From: Promethearchaeota archaeon
GTDB lineage: Archaea > Asgardarchaeota > Lokiarchaeia > Sigyniarchaeales > SOKP01
Reading direction: 5' to 3'
DNA length: 26,200 nucleotides
Assembly: GCA_011364975.1 (NCBI GenBank)
Contig: RDOE01000047.1
Span: 1-26,200, forward strand
Part shown: one piece after another, positions 19,045-26,200 of the stretch
Numbering within the stretch: the stretch's first letter is position 1
Layout of the letters: each line of letters opens with the position of its first letter
Translations under genes and position numbers: made by a program
The notes under the pieces: generated by a model
What the model was told of the DNA's origin: nothing
Seen by the model: only the letters and a program-made list of their open reading frames with translations
Database searches by the model: none

Positions 19045-20064
19045 ATGAATGTTCGACATGTAGGTTTAGAATCATGGGGGATATATCTCCCAAAGGAGCG
19101 CCATACAAGCGATTATATAGCAAAAGGAACAGGAATACCGAAAGAAATTATTGAAGATAAGTTTGGTCTTAAAAGTAAGACGGTTCCAGGACCATACGAT
19201 CACACAGTCGCAATGGGTGCAAAAGCAAGTTTTCAAGCCTTGAAACGAGCAGCTTTAACCCCAGAAGATATTGATCTTATAATTTGGGCCGGAGAAGTCT
19301 ATGCAGAAAGACCTTTAATGACTTATGGTATTAAACTTCAACAGCTATTAGGTAATCCTTCTAATCCGTGGGCATTTGATATCAATCAAAGATGTGGAAC
19401 TTTTTTGGTGGGTATGCTACTTGCGAAAAGTTTGATTCAAACAGAATTTGGAATAAATAGAGTATTATTAGCTAGTGGTTATAGAAATTCGGATTTAATT
19501 AATTATAAAAATCAACGTTCGCGATTTATGATAAGTCTAGCAGCAAGTGGAGTTGCTGCTGTTCTTAAAGGAGACTATAAAACTAACGAGATATTAGGGA
19601 TTTCTGCAATTTCAGATGGTCGATTTGCGGATGATGTATACGTGCCTGCAGGAGGTACGGTTCATCCAATATCAGCAGAAGCAATTAAGGAAGAGCTTAT
19701 ATATTTAGATGTGCCAGATCCTGAGGGGTTAAAAGATAGGTTGGATCAATATAGTATGAATTCTTTTGTTAGAGTTATTGAAGATGCTTTACATAAATCA
19801 GGATACACAAAAGAAGATATTGATTATTTAGCACTTTTACATATGAAAAGGAGCGCATTTGAATTTGTAGCCAAAGCAGTGGGCGTCGACCCATATAAAC
19901 AAGCAACTTATTTTGAAGATATTGGCCATAATGGCCAGAATGACGCCATTCTTTCTTTAGAATATGGATTAAACGATGGAAAAATAAAGAAAGGGGATAT
20001 AGTTGTACTCACTGCAGCCGGAATCGGATGGGCCTGGAATGCTGGAGTTATTAAATGGGGATAA
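19045..20064 (+). CDS. 3-oxoacyl-ACP synthase III (FabH)-like thiolase-fold condensing enzyme
   Basis: GIYLP, FDINQRCGTF (catalytic Cys), LALLHMKRS (His), IGHNGQND and KKGDIVVLTAAGIGWAWNA. Starts 10 nt after the ligase stop. Confidence 0.88.
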   Translation: MNVRHVGLESWGIYLPKERHTSDYIAKGTGIPKEIIEDKFGLKSKTVPGPYDHTVAMGAKASFQALKRAALTPEDIDLIIWAGEVYAERPLMTYGIKLQQLLGNPSNPWAFDINQRCGTFLVGMLLAKSLIQTEFGINRVLLASGYRNSDLINYKNQRSRFMISLAASGVAAVLKGDYKTNEILGISAISDGRFADDVYVPAGGTVHPISAEAIKEELIYLDVPDPEGLKDRLDQYSMNSFVRVIEDALHKSGYTKEDIDYLALLHMKRSAFEFVAKAVGVDPYKQATYFEDIGHNGQNDAILSLEYGLNDGKIKKGDIVVLTAAGIGWAWNAGVIKWG

Positions 20065-20112
20065 AATTAATAAAATAAATTTTTTTACTTTTTCCAGAAA
20101 GAAAGTACAAGA

Positions 20113-20358
20113 TTGTTAAACTCATCCTTATGGTCAAAAATAGTTAAATATTCCGCATTAGGACTTATGATACTACTTATGGGGGCATGGATCCCCTATG
20201 AAATTAAAGATGATGTGGGAAATACAATATATAAATTTTCAATAGAATTGTCTACTCTTCCTGCTATACCTGGTTATGATATTATCTTATTATGTATAAC
20301 GGCTTCTGGGTCAATAGGGATTATATACTTATTAATAAAAAAGAAAAGACTATTTTAA
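20113..20358 (+). CDS. Small membrane protein with a C-terminal Loki-CTERM/PGF-CTERM-like sorting signal (possibly a gene remnant)
   Basis: N-terminal hydrophobic stretch. The C-terminus AIPGY-DIILLCITASGSIGIIYLLI-KKKRLF has the motif + TM + basic tail layout. Start codon uncertain. Confidence 0.55.
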   Translation: MLNSSLWSKIVKYSALGLMILLMGAWIPYEIKDDVGNTIYKFSIELSTLPAIPGYDIILLCITASGSIGIIYLLIKKKRLF

Positions 20359-20378
20359 AAACATATTTTTTATTTTTG

Positions 20379-21155
20379 TTAATTTTTAACTATTGAATTG
20401 TTCTCTGTTTTTTTAAAAAGATTTCCTAAAAGATTGATTTTCCCAGCTATTGTACCACGCGATAAATACATAAAGGGAGTATCAATTATACCAAAAAACC
20501 ATTTAGTAAGAAGTTGTCCCCAAATAATTGAAAATAGAAGCTCAATAGGTACCGTTCCTCCAAAAGCAACACTAACAAATATGAAACTATCAAGGGTAAG
20601 AGTAGGAATATCGCTGAACACATTTCTAATCCATAACTTCCTTCCTTTTGTTATTTCTTTAATCTTAGCAAAAAGAATTGCATCTAAGTTTTCTGTAATA
20701 ATAAATGAAATCCAAGACGCTGCAGTGATTCTTATAGTTGAGCCTAAGAAGTTTAACCAAAATTGTTGAGACTCATTAGGATTACTACCCCAATCGAAGC
20801 CCCAAAAAGGGGCAGCAGGAACCTCAATACTAAACCAAATGAATACCGACATTATTATTTGGGTTACGAAGGCAATGAAAATCATTCGGTGAGTTTCTTT
20901 TCGACCAAAATTTTCATTTACCATATCAGTTATTTGAAATGTGAATGGAAAGATTAAAACTGCAACGGGAGCAGTAATTTGTAAGCCCCATATACTGAAA
21001 TCTCCAATTTTAGCAGCAATAATCTGAGACATTGTTATAAAAAGGATATAAAATGCCGTTGCAACATCTGCTCGTTGTTGCATCTTAATATATTGGCTTA
21101 TTAAGATTGTGGAAACAAAAATTACTAAGATCCATATCAAAAATATTAACCACAT
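20379..21155 (-). CDS. yhhQ: Queuosine/archaeosine precursor (preQ0/preQ1) transporter, YhhQ/VUT family
   Basis: QIIAAKI, IFPFTFQITDMVNENFG, RITAASWISFIITENLD, LWIRNVFS...LDSFIFVSVAFGG and DTPFMY motifs; multi-TM protein. Confidence 0.88.
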   Translation of the reverse strand: MWLIFLIWILVIFVSTILISQYIKMQQRADVATAFYILFITMSQIIAAKIGDFSIWGLQITAPVAVLIFPFTFQITDMVNENFGRKETHRMIFIAFVTQIIMSVFIWFSIEVPAAPFWGFDWGSNPNESQQFWLNFLGSTIRITAASWISFIITENLDAILFAKIKEITKGRKLWIRNVFSDIPTLTLDSFIFVSVAFGGTVPIELLFSIIWGQLLTKWFFGIIDTPFMYLSRGTIAGKINLLGNLFKKTENNSIVKN

Positions 21156-21334
21156 CTAGATCAACTTGTTATATTATCGCTAGTTTATGATATTTCTAAG
21201 AATTCATGTTTTTAAAAACTCTCTAATTGTTTCTTATGATTAAACCTTCAAACATATCTATCTATCTTTTTTTAAACCCCAACATTACACTAATTATTAT
21301 TAAATCCTTAAGATTATAATAGAATTTTAGAACA

Positions 21335-22654
21335 TTGAATAAAAAAAATAGCGTTAGCATACACAATTTATTGAGTTTTTTAACTAAATTTGTTGAAGGA
21401 AGGATCAGCTATATTGATAATGAGAATAGAAAAGATCCAGCTTTTATGCATTATTATAATGAGATTGTACGTTATTGGAATCGTTTAAATTTTATTTTAA
21501 GTAGAACAACAAATCTGAACAATAAAGATAAAAAACTCAAATCAGATACAATTGCTAAGTATTTATATATAATTTTTTGCTATATCGAAGAAAAAACACC
21601 CTTGGATAAAATACTTAGTGAAATTAATATTAAAAATCAGGATCTAAGGTTTATTAAAAAGCTAACACGTTTTTCTTTTAAACGAGCATTAGAAAGAAAA
21701 CCTACAATTGAAAAATTAAGCTTGATTTACGCATATCCAACCTTCTTGATTAGACATTTAGAATCATATATGCAGAAAGATTTCTTAAAGGAAAATTTAG
21801 TCCAAATGAATAGTTATGATATGAACACAGATATGTTTTCTTTTTTCATTAATAATTTAGCGATAAAGAATGGGGAAGAACTTAACATTTTATTAAGAGA
21901 TCTAAAAGATAGTAAGATTGAGGTTGTTCCTGATAATGACTTTTCACTTTTATATTATACACTATTGAAAAATAAGAAAAAGATTATACTCAGTCATTGG
22001 TACAGAACTGGAAAAATTATTATAGTTGATAAAGCCTCTCTTATTGTAGCGAGTGTGTTAGCTCCAAAAGAAGGTGAACTAATTAGTGATAGTTGTGCCG
22101 CACCTGGAATTAAAACGACATTATTGGCACAACTAACAAATAATAGATCTAAAATCATAGCAAGCGATTTCTCTTATAAAAGAACTAAAGAAATGAACTC
22201 TCTTCTCAAAAAATTGTCCATTTATTCTGTGTTTTCTCTTAATTCTGATAGTATTACCCCTGTAATAAGAGATGATATCAAATTTGACAGTGTATTAATC
22301 GATGCTCCCTGTACTGGGAGTGGTGCTTTATTTAGTAATCCTGAATTAAAGTGGCGTCAAAATTTTAACTTTTTAAAACAAAATATGATTCTTCAAACTA
22401 AATTGCTTAATTCAGGAATAAATAATCTTAAACCCGGAGGGATTTTGGTATATTCAACATGTAGTTTGTATGCGGAAGAGGGGGAATTACAAATACTTAA
22501 GTTTTTAGACAAATTAGAACCTATTAACCTTCCAGAATGGGTTTCGAATGGTTATAAAATTAATGATCAATACATTGAAGGAACTGGAAGGTTATATCCC
22601 TCTATTCATTCAACAAAAGGATTTTTTATCAGCAAATTCAAAAAAAAAGAATAA
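21335..22654 (+). CDS. RsmB/NOP2/NSUN family RNA cytosine-C5 methyltransferase
   Basis: DSCAAPGIKT (SAM binding), FDSVLIDAPCTGSG (motif IV), LVYSTCSL...EEGE (motif VI) and GFFISKF. Confidence 0.92.
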   Translation: MNKKNSVSIHNLLSFLTKFVEGRISYIDNENRKDPAFMHYYNEIVRYWNRLNFILSRTTNLNNKDKKLKSDTIAKYLYIIFCYIEEKTPLDKILSEINIKNQDLRFIKKLTRFSFKRALERKPTIEKLSLIYAYPTFLIRHLESYMQKDFLKENLVQMNSYDMNTDMFSFFINNLAIKNGEELNILLRDLKDSKIEVVPDNDFSLLYYTLLKNKKKIILSHWYRTGKIIIVDKASLIVASVLAPKEGELISDSCAAPGIKTTLLAQLTNNRSKIIASDFSYKRTKEMNSLLKKLSIYSVFSLNSDSITPVIRDDIKFDSVLIDAPCTGSGALFSNPELKWRQNFNFLKQNMILQTKLLNSGINNLKPGGILVYSTCSLYAEEGELQILKFLDKLEPINLPEWVSNGYKINDQYIEGTGRLYPSIHSTKGFFISKFKKKE

Positions 22655-22696
22655 TTTTATAATTTTAAAGCAAATTTCTTATGACCTAATAAAATT

Positions 22697-23512
22697 ATGA
22701 CGCAAAAGAAATTTAAATATTGGACAGTTAGCGAAATTGATGCAACAGGGGTAAGAGGTCCGCATGAAGTTGAATTACAAAATATTAGCAAAGCTAAGTA
22801 TTCGTTATTTACAAATATCCCGCGTGATTATCTTAAAAATCTTGTTGAGCACTCTTTGGGAGGAAAAATAGAAAACATTGGTTTTAATGAGGATTGGACT
22901 ATTACTATAGAAATGTTTCCAGAAGTAAATATTCATCTTGTATATACATACTTCGGAAATGAATTTGGGGATGGTATTGAAGCGGAATTCAAATTTCTTT
23001 TTTCAGGAGAAAGAGCGTATTTGATTCCAGGAGAAGATAGTGCCACATATATTGATTTGATAATGGATTTTCTTGAGAGAAAAATTAAAGACAAAGAGCC
23101 TTTTGAAAAAAAATATGAAGAAAAGACAGAATTGATGAAGAAAGTCTTAATTCAAAGAAGTGAACCCTTCAAGTATTTAAAAGAAGAAGATAAAGAATTA
23201 CTTGCAAAATTTATAGGTGCGAAAATTAGGAAAACAATTGATGGATGGAAAATTAAAAAAGAAATCTTTCCAGAGGTCTTTATAATATTAAGTTGGGATA
23301 ACCAAAACTTTTTAGATATATATTATAGTGGAAATAATCTTCATAAACATATTAGTAGTTACCACGCAGAATTGATTGGTATCTTTATGATTAATCACAT
23401 TTTACGTTATATTACCTTGACTTATGAGGAAGAGGATTTACCTGATATTTGCTATATTATGTTTTCAAGAATATTTACAAAACAAAAGGATTGGCAACAC
23501 AGAAGAACATAA
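22697..23512 (+). CDS. Hypothetical protein with two DUF3786-like repeats
   Basis: Repeat 1 is LGGKIENIGFNEDWTITIEMFPEVNIHLVY...EF...AEFKFLFSG. Repeat 2 is IGAKIRKTIDGWKIKKEIFPEVFIILSWD...YSG. Confidence 0.6.
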   Translation: MTQKKFKYWTVSEIDATGVRGPHEVELQNISKAKYSLFTNIPRDYLKNLVEHSLGGKIENIGFNEDWTITIEMFPEVNIHLVYTYFGNEFGDGIEAEFKFLFSGERAYLIPGEDSATYIDLIMDFLERKIKDKEPFEKKYEEKTELMKKVLIQRSEPFKYLKEEDKELLAKFIGAKIRKTIDGWKIKKEIFPEVFIILSWDNQNFLDIYYSGNNLHKHISSYHAELIGIFMINHILRYITLTYEEEDLPDICYIMFSRIFTKQKDWQHRRT

Positions 23513-23525
23513 AAAATTTATGAAT

Positions 23526-24080
23526 TTAAAGAGCTGTCCAATAAACTGCTCTTCCTTTCTTATCTGCGCGTTTAACTTTATTAGAACTTTCTAGATCTGA
23601 CATCACTTTCCAGATTTGTGAATTATTCAACTTAAAGTACTTCCTTAATTCCGGAGTCGACATTTCAGTACAATTTAATAAATTTAAGATCAACCGTTTT
23701 ATTTCTTCCACAGTATCATTATCTGATTGGTCTTCAGGTTCAATTCCCTCAAGCTCAATTTCCATTTCATCTACAATTCTAGACGCTATTCTATTTAATT
23801 GTTTAATATTATTCTCAATTCCTTGTGGTTGCATAAATAGGCAACATAATTCTAAATCTTTAGGAAAAGCTACAATATAGAAACTATCATAAAGAATTGC
23901 CCTAGGTTTTTTACCAGCATTTCCGCCGCGAAATGCTAAATAGAAGTTCATAGCAAAATCATCAAGGTTCATAATATTAGTACTGCTACCATATTCTTTC
24001 TTCCACTTTAAAAAAGGACCATCAATCATGTCAAATCCTATTAAAGCCGCTCCAAATAATTCTTTTTCATCAAAATGCAA
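23526..24080 (-). CDS. Longin/uDENN-like domain fused to a C-terminal winged helix-turn-helix
   Basis: N-terminal AALIGFDMIDGPFL (FDxxxGP hairpin) with an apparent beta-beta-alpha-beta-beta-beta-alpha pattern, an acidic linker, then RLILNLL...MSTPELRKYFKLNNSQIWKVMSDLESSNKVKR...GRAVYW. The TTG start overlaps the GTPase gene by 11 nt. Confidence 0.65.
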   Translation of the reverse strand: MHFDEKELFGAALIGFDMIDGPFLKWKKEYGSSTNIMNLDDFAMNFYLAFRGGNAGKKPRAILYDSFYIVAFPKDLELCCLFMQPQGIENNIKQLNRIASRIVDEMEIELEGIEPEDQSDNDTVEEIKRLILNLLNCTEMSTPELRKYFKLNNSQIWKVMSDLESSNKVKRADKKGRAVYWTAL

Positions 24081-24606
24081 CTTCTTTTAACCTCTTTCTT
24101 ATTGAAATTTTATTTAATTCTTTTCTAATAATATCCATCAACTTAAGTCGTTGACTAGGGTCGATAGCAGTAAGACCGTAAGTTTTAATATTAAGTATCT
24201 CCTCAACTCTTCTAGGATCCATTCTTCCATCATTTCTTTGCAGATCTTGTTTATTCGCAATCGCAATTATAGGACAATCTTTTCCAACAAATTGGGCCGC
24301 ATAATTAATTAATTCTCGGGATCTTAAAACGTTACGAGGTGAAGAATCAGTGACTATAAAAAGTAGGTCTGATCCTAAAAGATGATCGCTACTATAGGTC
24401 TTAAGGTAACCGCCTTGACCACCAAAATCCCATACTTTCACTGTAAAATCATCTATCTTTACCGTTTTCAAATCAAAACCATGGGTGGGAAGATATAGCC
24501 TGTCGATTGTATGTTTGGAAAGCAATTTTAACATTGTAGTTTTTCCCACGGCTGGTGCTCCAATTATCGATACTTTTAATAGTTTTTGTAATTCAGAACT
24601 TAACAT
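24070..24606 (-). CDS. Ras-superfamily small GTPase (Arf/Rab-like, Asgard type)
   Basis: G1 GAPAVGKT, G2 LPTHG, G3 WDFGGQ, G4 ANKQD and G5-like LTAI; 178 aa. Confidence 0.93.
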   Translation of the reverse strand: MLSSELQKLLKVSIIGAPAVGKTTMLKLLSKHTIDRLYLPTHGFDLKTVKIDDFTVKVWDFGGQGGYLKTYSSDHLLGSDLLFIVTDSSPRNVLRSRELINYAAQFVGKDCPIIAIANKQDLQRNDGRMDPRRVEEILNIKTYGLTAIDPSQRLKLMDIIRKELNKISIRKRLKEVAF

Positions 24607-24726
24607 CTGAAATCATTATGAAAAGAATTTATTTAATGAAAAAGGAACAAAGATGTTATATGAATCTGCATAATATCAACGTAATATGTTGTTGATTTCC
24701 AGAGAACCAACTTCATATTGATATTA

Positions 24727-26199
24727 TTAAAAAATAATACCAAATTGAATATTATAAAAAAATAATAACAAAATTATCGAGAAAAATGTTGGAGCAATCA
24801 AACTATAGGTGAGTAATCCTTGTGAAACTTTTATGACTCTTAGTAATGTGTTCATAATAACGTCAAAGTATTTTGGATCTCCCCATATTTTAACATTTTT
24901 AACTACAGAATCAAAATAGAGAACTTCCACGTTTTCAAGATCTTGTTGGGCTTGAGAAATTAACACATCTAATTTTTGCAAAATATTATCTAATTTAATC
25001 TTATCGCCTATAGGAGAGTAACCTCGCCGACTGAATTGCCTTGCTACAGTATGAGAATCTGAAGTGGTTACTTCTCCTCTCTCAATTCCCCTATTTTGAA
25101 GCATATTTAAAATGTATGACCGGATATCAACATATGCATTATTTGCATCAAAATGAATTAATGCTGTTTTTTGTCCTGTATCCGAATTTTTAAATAAATG
25201 AACTATTAAACCACCAATTCCTATTCCATCCTTAGGTGTGTATTCCTCTAATGGATCTCTTACTACACTATATTGGATAGTAGTTCTTTCCCTGCTTTCT
25301 GCTTTTTTAATGGAAGTTAAGAATTTTTCTGCGACTGAAATTATGTCTTTCCCTTCGAAGGAATCTTTTTTGATTAAAATTTCATCTCCGATTATTGAAT
25401 TATGAGCATCGATAATAATTAAATCCTTATACCCCTTAGATTTAGCAATTCGCCTAATTTCATCTCCTATTTTAGCTTCAATATCATCTGAAGGTAATGG
25501 ATGTCTAGTTAAAAATACAATCGCGGCGTCATTTATTTCAGTTCCGATTAATTTTGCAGAATTAGCCATTTTTCTTGATACGTCGGGTATTTTATTGATC
25601 CAAATTAATGAAGTATCTTTTTCGATTTGTTCGACGTCAGAATGAATTTGGGTTATGATTTTTTCTACTTCCTTTTGAGAGGTTAAATTTTGAGTATGAT
25701 CATTTGTTGTATGATATACAGTAGCACCCTTGATTCTCTTAAAATTCCTATATATATGCGCTGGTAAGTCTGAGGAACCACAGGTTTTAAATGGACCAAA
25801 ATGCACATGGGGTATTACAAATAATCCTTTTAACTCTTTATTCTTACTATTTCTTATTGCAAAATATTGAATTTCAATATCTGAATTTACTCCTATCTGA
25901 TCAAAAAAACTTTCAATTAGAGCATCATTTCCTTCTGTAAGCATGGATAATACAAAGGCTCTTATGAATGGATACCCACCAATACCCATCGCTTCTCTAT
26001 AAACATTACTTACACTAGATAAGCTTCTTGCATAAGGAATGGCAAATATAACCGCACAAATAATGAAAAATGATGTTGCTCTGATAAAAAAATCCAGAGG
26101 GCGTTGAGCCGCAAATAGACTAAAAAAAATAATGGCTGCAAATGGCTGAACTAAAGCAAGAATGAAATTACCATATTTTCCAACGGTTGTAAATGAAAA
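24727..26199 (-). CDS. DUF2070 family archaeal membrane protein (5' end beyond the window)
   Basis: The frame stays open upstream of 25989 to the window edge (FSFTTVGKYGNFILALVQPF...REAMGIGG). Conserved motifs PHVHFGPF..CGSSDLP, HTTNDHTQN, IDAHNS, DANN and TSDSH, plus a C-terminal TM. Confidence 0.85.
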   Translation of the reverse strand, partial: FSFTTVGKYGNFILALVQPFAAIIFFSLFAAQRPLDFFIRATSFFIICAVIFAIPYARSLSSVSNVYREAMGIGGYPFIRAFVLSMLTEGNDALIESFFDQIGVNSDIEIQYFAIRNSKNKELKGLFVIPHVHFGPFKTCGSSDLPAHIYRNFKRIKGATVYHTTNDHTQNLTSQKEVEKIITQIHSDVEQIEKDTSLIWINKIPDVSRKMANSAKLIGTEINDAAIVFLTRHPLPSDDIEAKIGDEIRRIAKSKGYKDLIIIDAHNSIIGDEILIKKDSFEGKDIISVAEKFLTSIKKAESRERTTIQYSVVRDPLEEYTPKDGIGIGGLIVHLFKNSDTGQKTALIHFDANNAYVDIRSYILNMLQNRGIERGEVTTSDSHTVARQFSRRGYSPIGDKIKLDNILQKLDVLISQAQQDLENVEVLYFDSVVKNVKIWGDPKYFDVIMNTLLRVIKVSQGLLTYSLIAPTFFSIILLLFFYNIQFGIIF

Positions 26200-26200
26200 A

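Noticed and set aside
13250-20957. Other nested ORFs (13250, 14244, 14441, 16225, 18722, 20398, 20763)
   Set aside because: They overlap confident genes on the opposite strand and have no independent evidence.
21208-21219. 12-bp palindrome GTTTTTAAAAAC between yhhQ and the methyltransferase
   Set aside because: Low-complexity A/T run; indistinguishable from a TATA-like element or chance.
23526-23715. wHTH resembles a Z-alpha Z-DNA-binding domain (terminal Trp strand)
   Set aside because: The recognition helix (SQIWKVMSDL) lacks the Asn and Tyr needed for Z-nucleic-acid binding; a generic wHTH is more likely.
24070-24110. Possible prenylation signal on the GTPase C-terminus (RKRLKEVAF)
   Set aside because: No cysteine is present, and the tail is also constrained by the overlap with the next gene.
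1-26200. CRISPR arrays, tRNA/rRNA genes and IS elements
   Set aside because: All intergenic gaps are short (under ~280 bp) and AT-rich, with no regularly spaced repeats, GC-rich structured RNA or transposase motifs.

Overview
AT-rich, gene-dense archaeal window, most likely from an Asgard archaeon of the Lokiarchaeia. The evidence is the archaeal Nre gene with a C-terminal PIP box, a DUF2070 gene, a Ras-superfamily small GTPase, a longin/uDENN-like domain, a Loki-CTERM-like sorting tail, and BRE/TATA promoters with oligo-T terminators. From left to right: a partial MBL-fold hydrolase and a Fes-like esterase (minus strand); a divergent cluster of an unassigned glycyl radical enzyme, its activase, a tandem split-barrel flavin-binding protein, a sulfatase and an NMO/FabK-like flavoprotein; a K+-independent membrane pyrophosphatase; nre; an amidohydrolase; a second NMO paralog; a membrane-anchored amidohydrolase; a small membrane protein / acyl-CoA ligase / FabH-like operon; a tiny Loki-CTERM ORF; a YhhQ-type transporter; an RsmB/NSUN methyltransferase; a tandem DUF3786-like protein; a small GTPase overlapping a longin-like/winged-helix fusion gene; and a partial DUF2070 gene. 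No rRNA, tRNA, CRISPR array or mobile element was seen. The strongest candidates for undescribed biology are the GTPase + longin-wHTH pair and the orphan glycyl radical operon. All family assignments come from reading motifs by eye, not from database searches.
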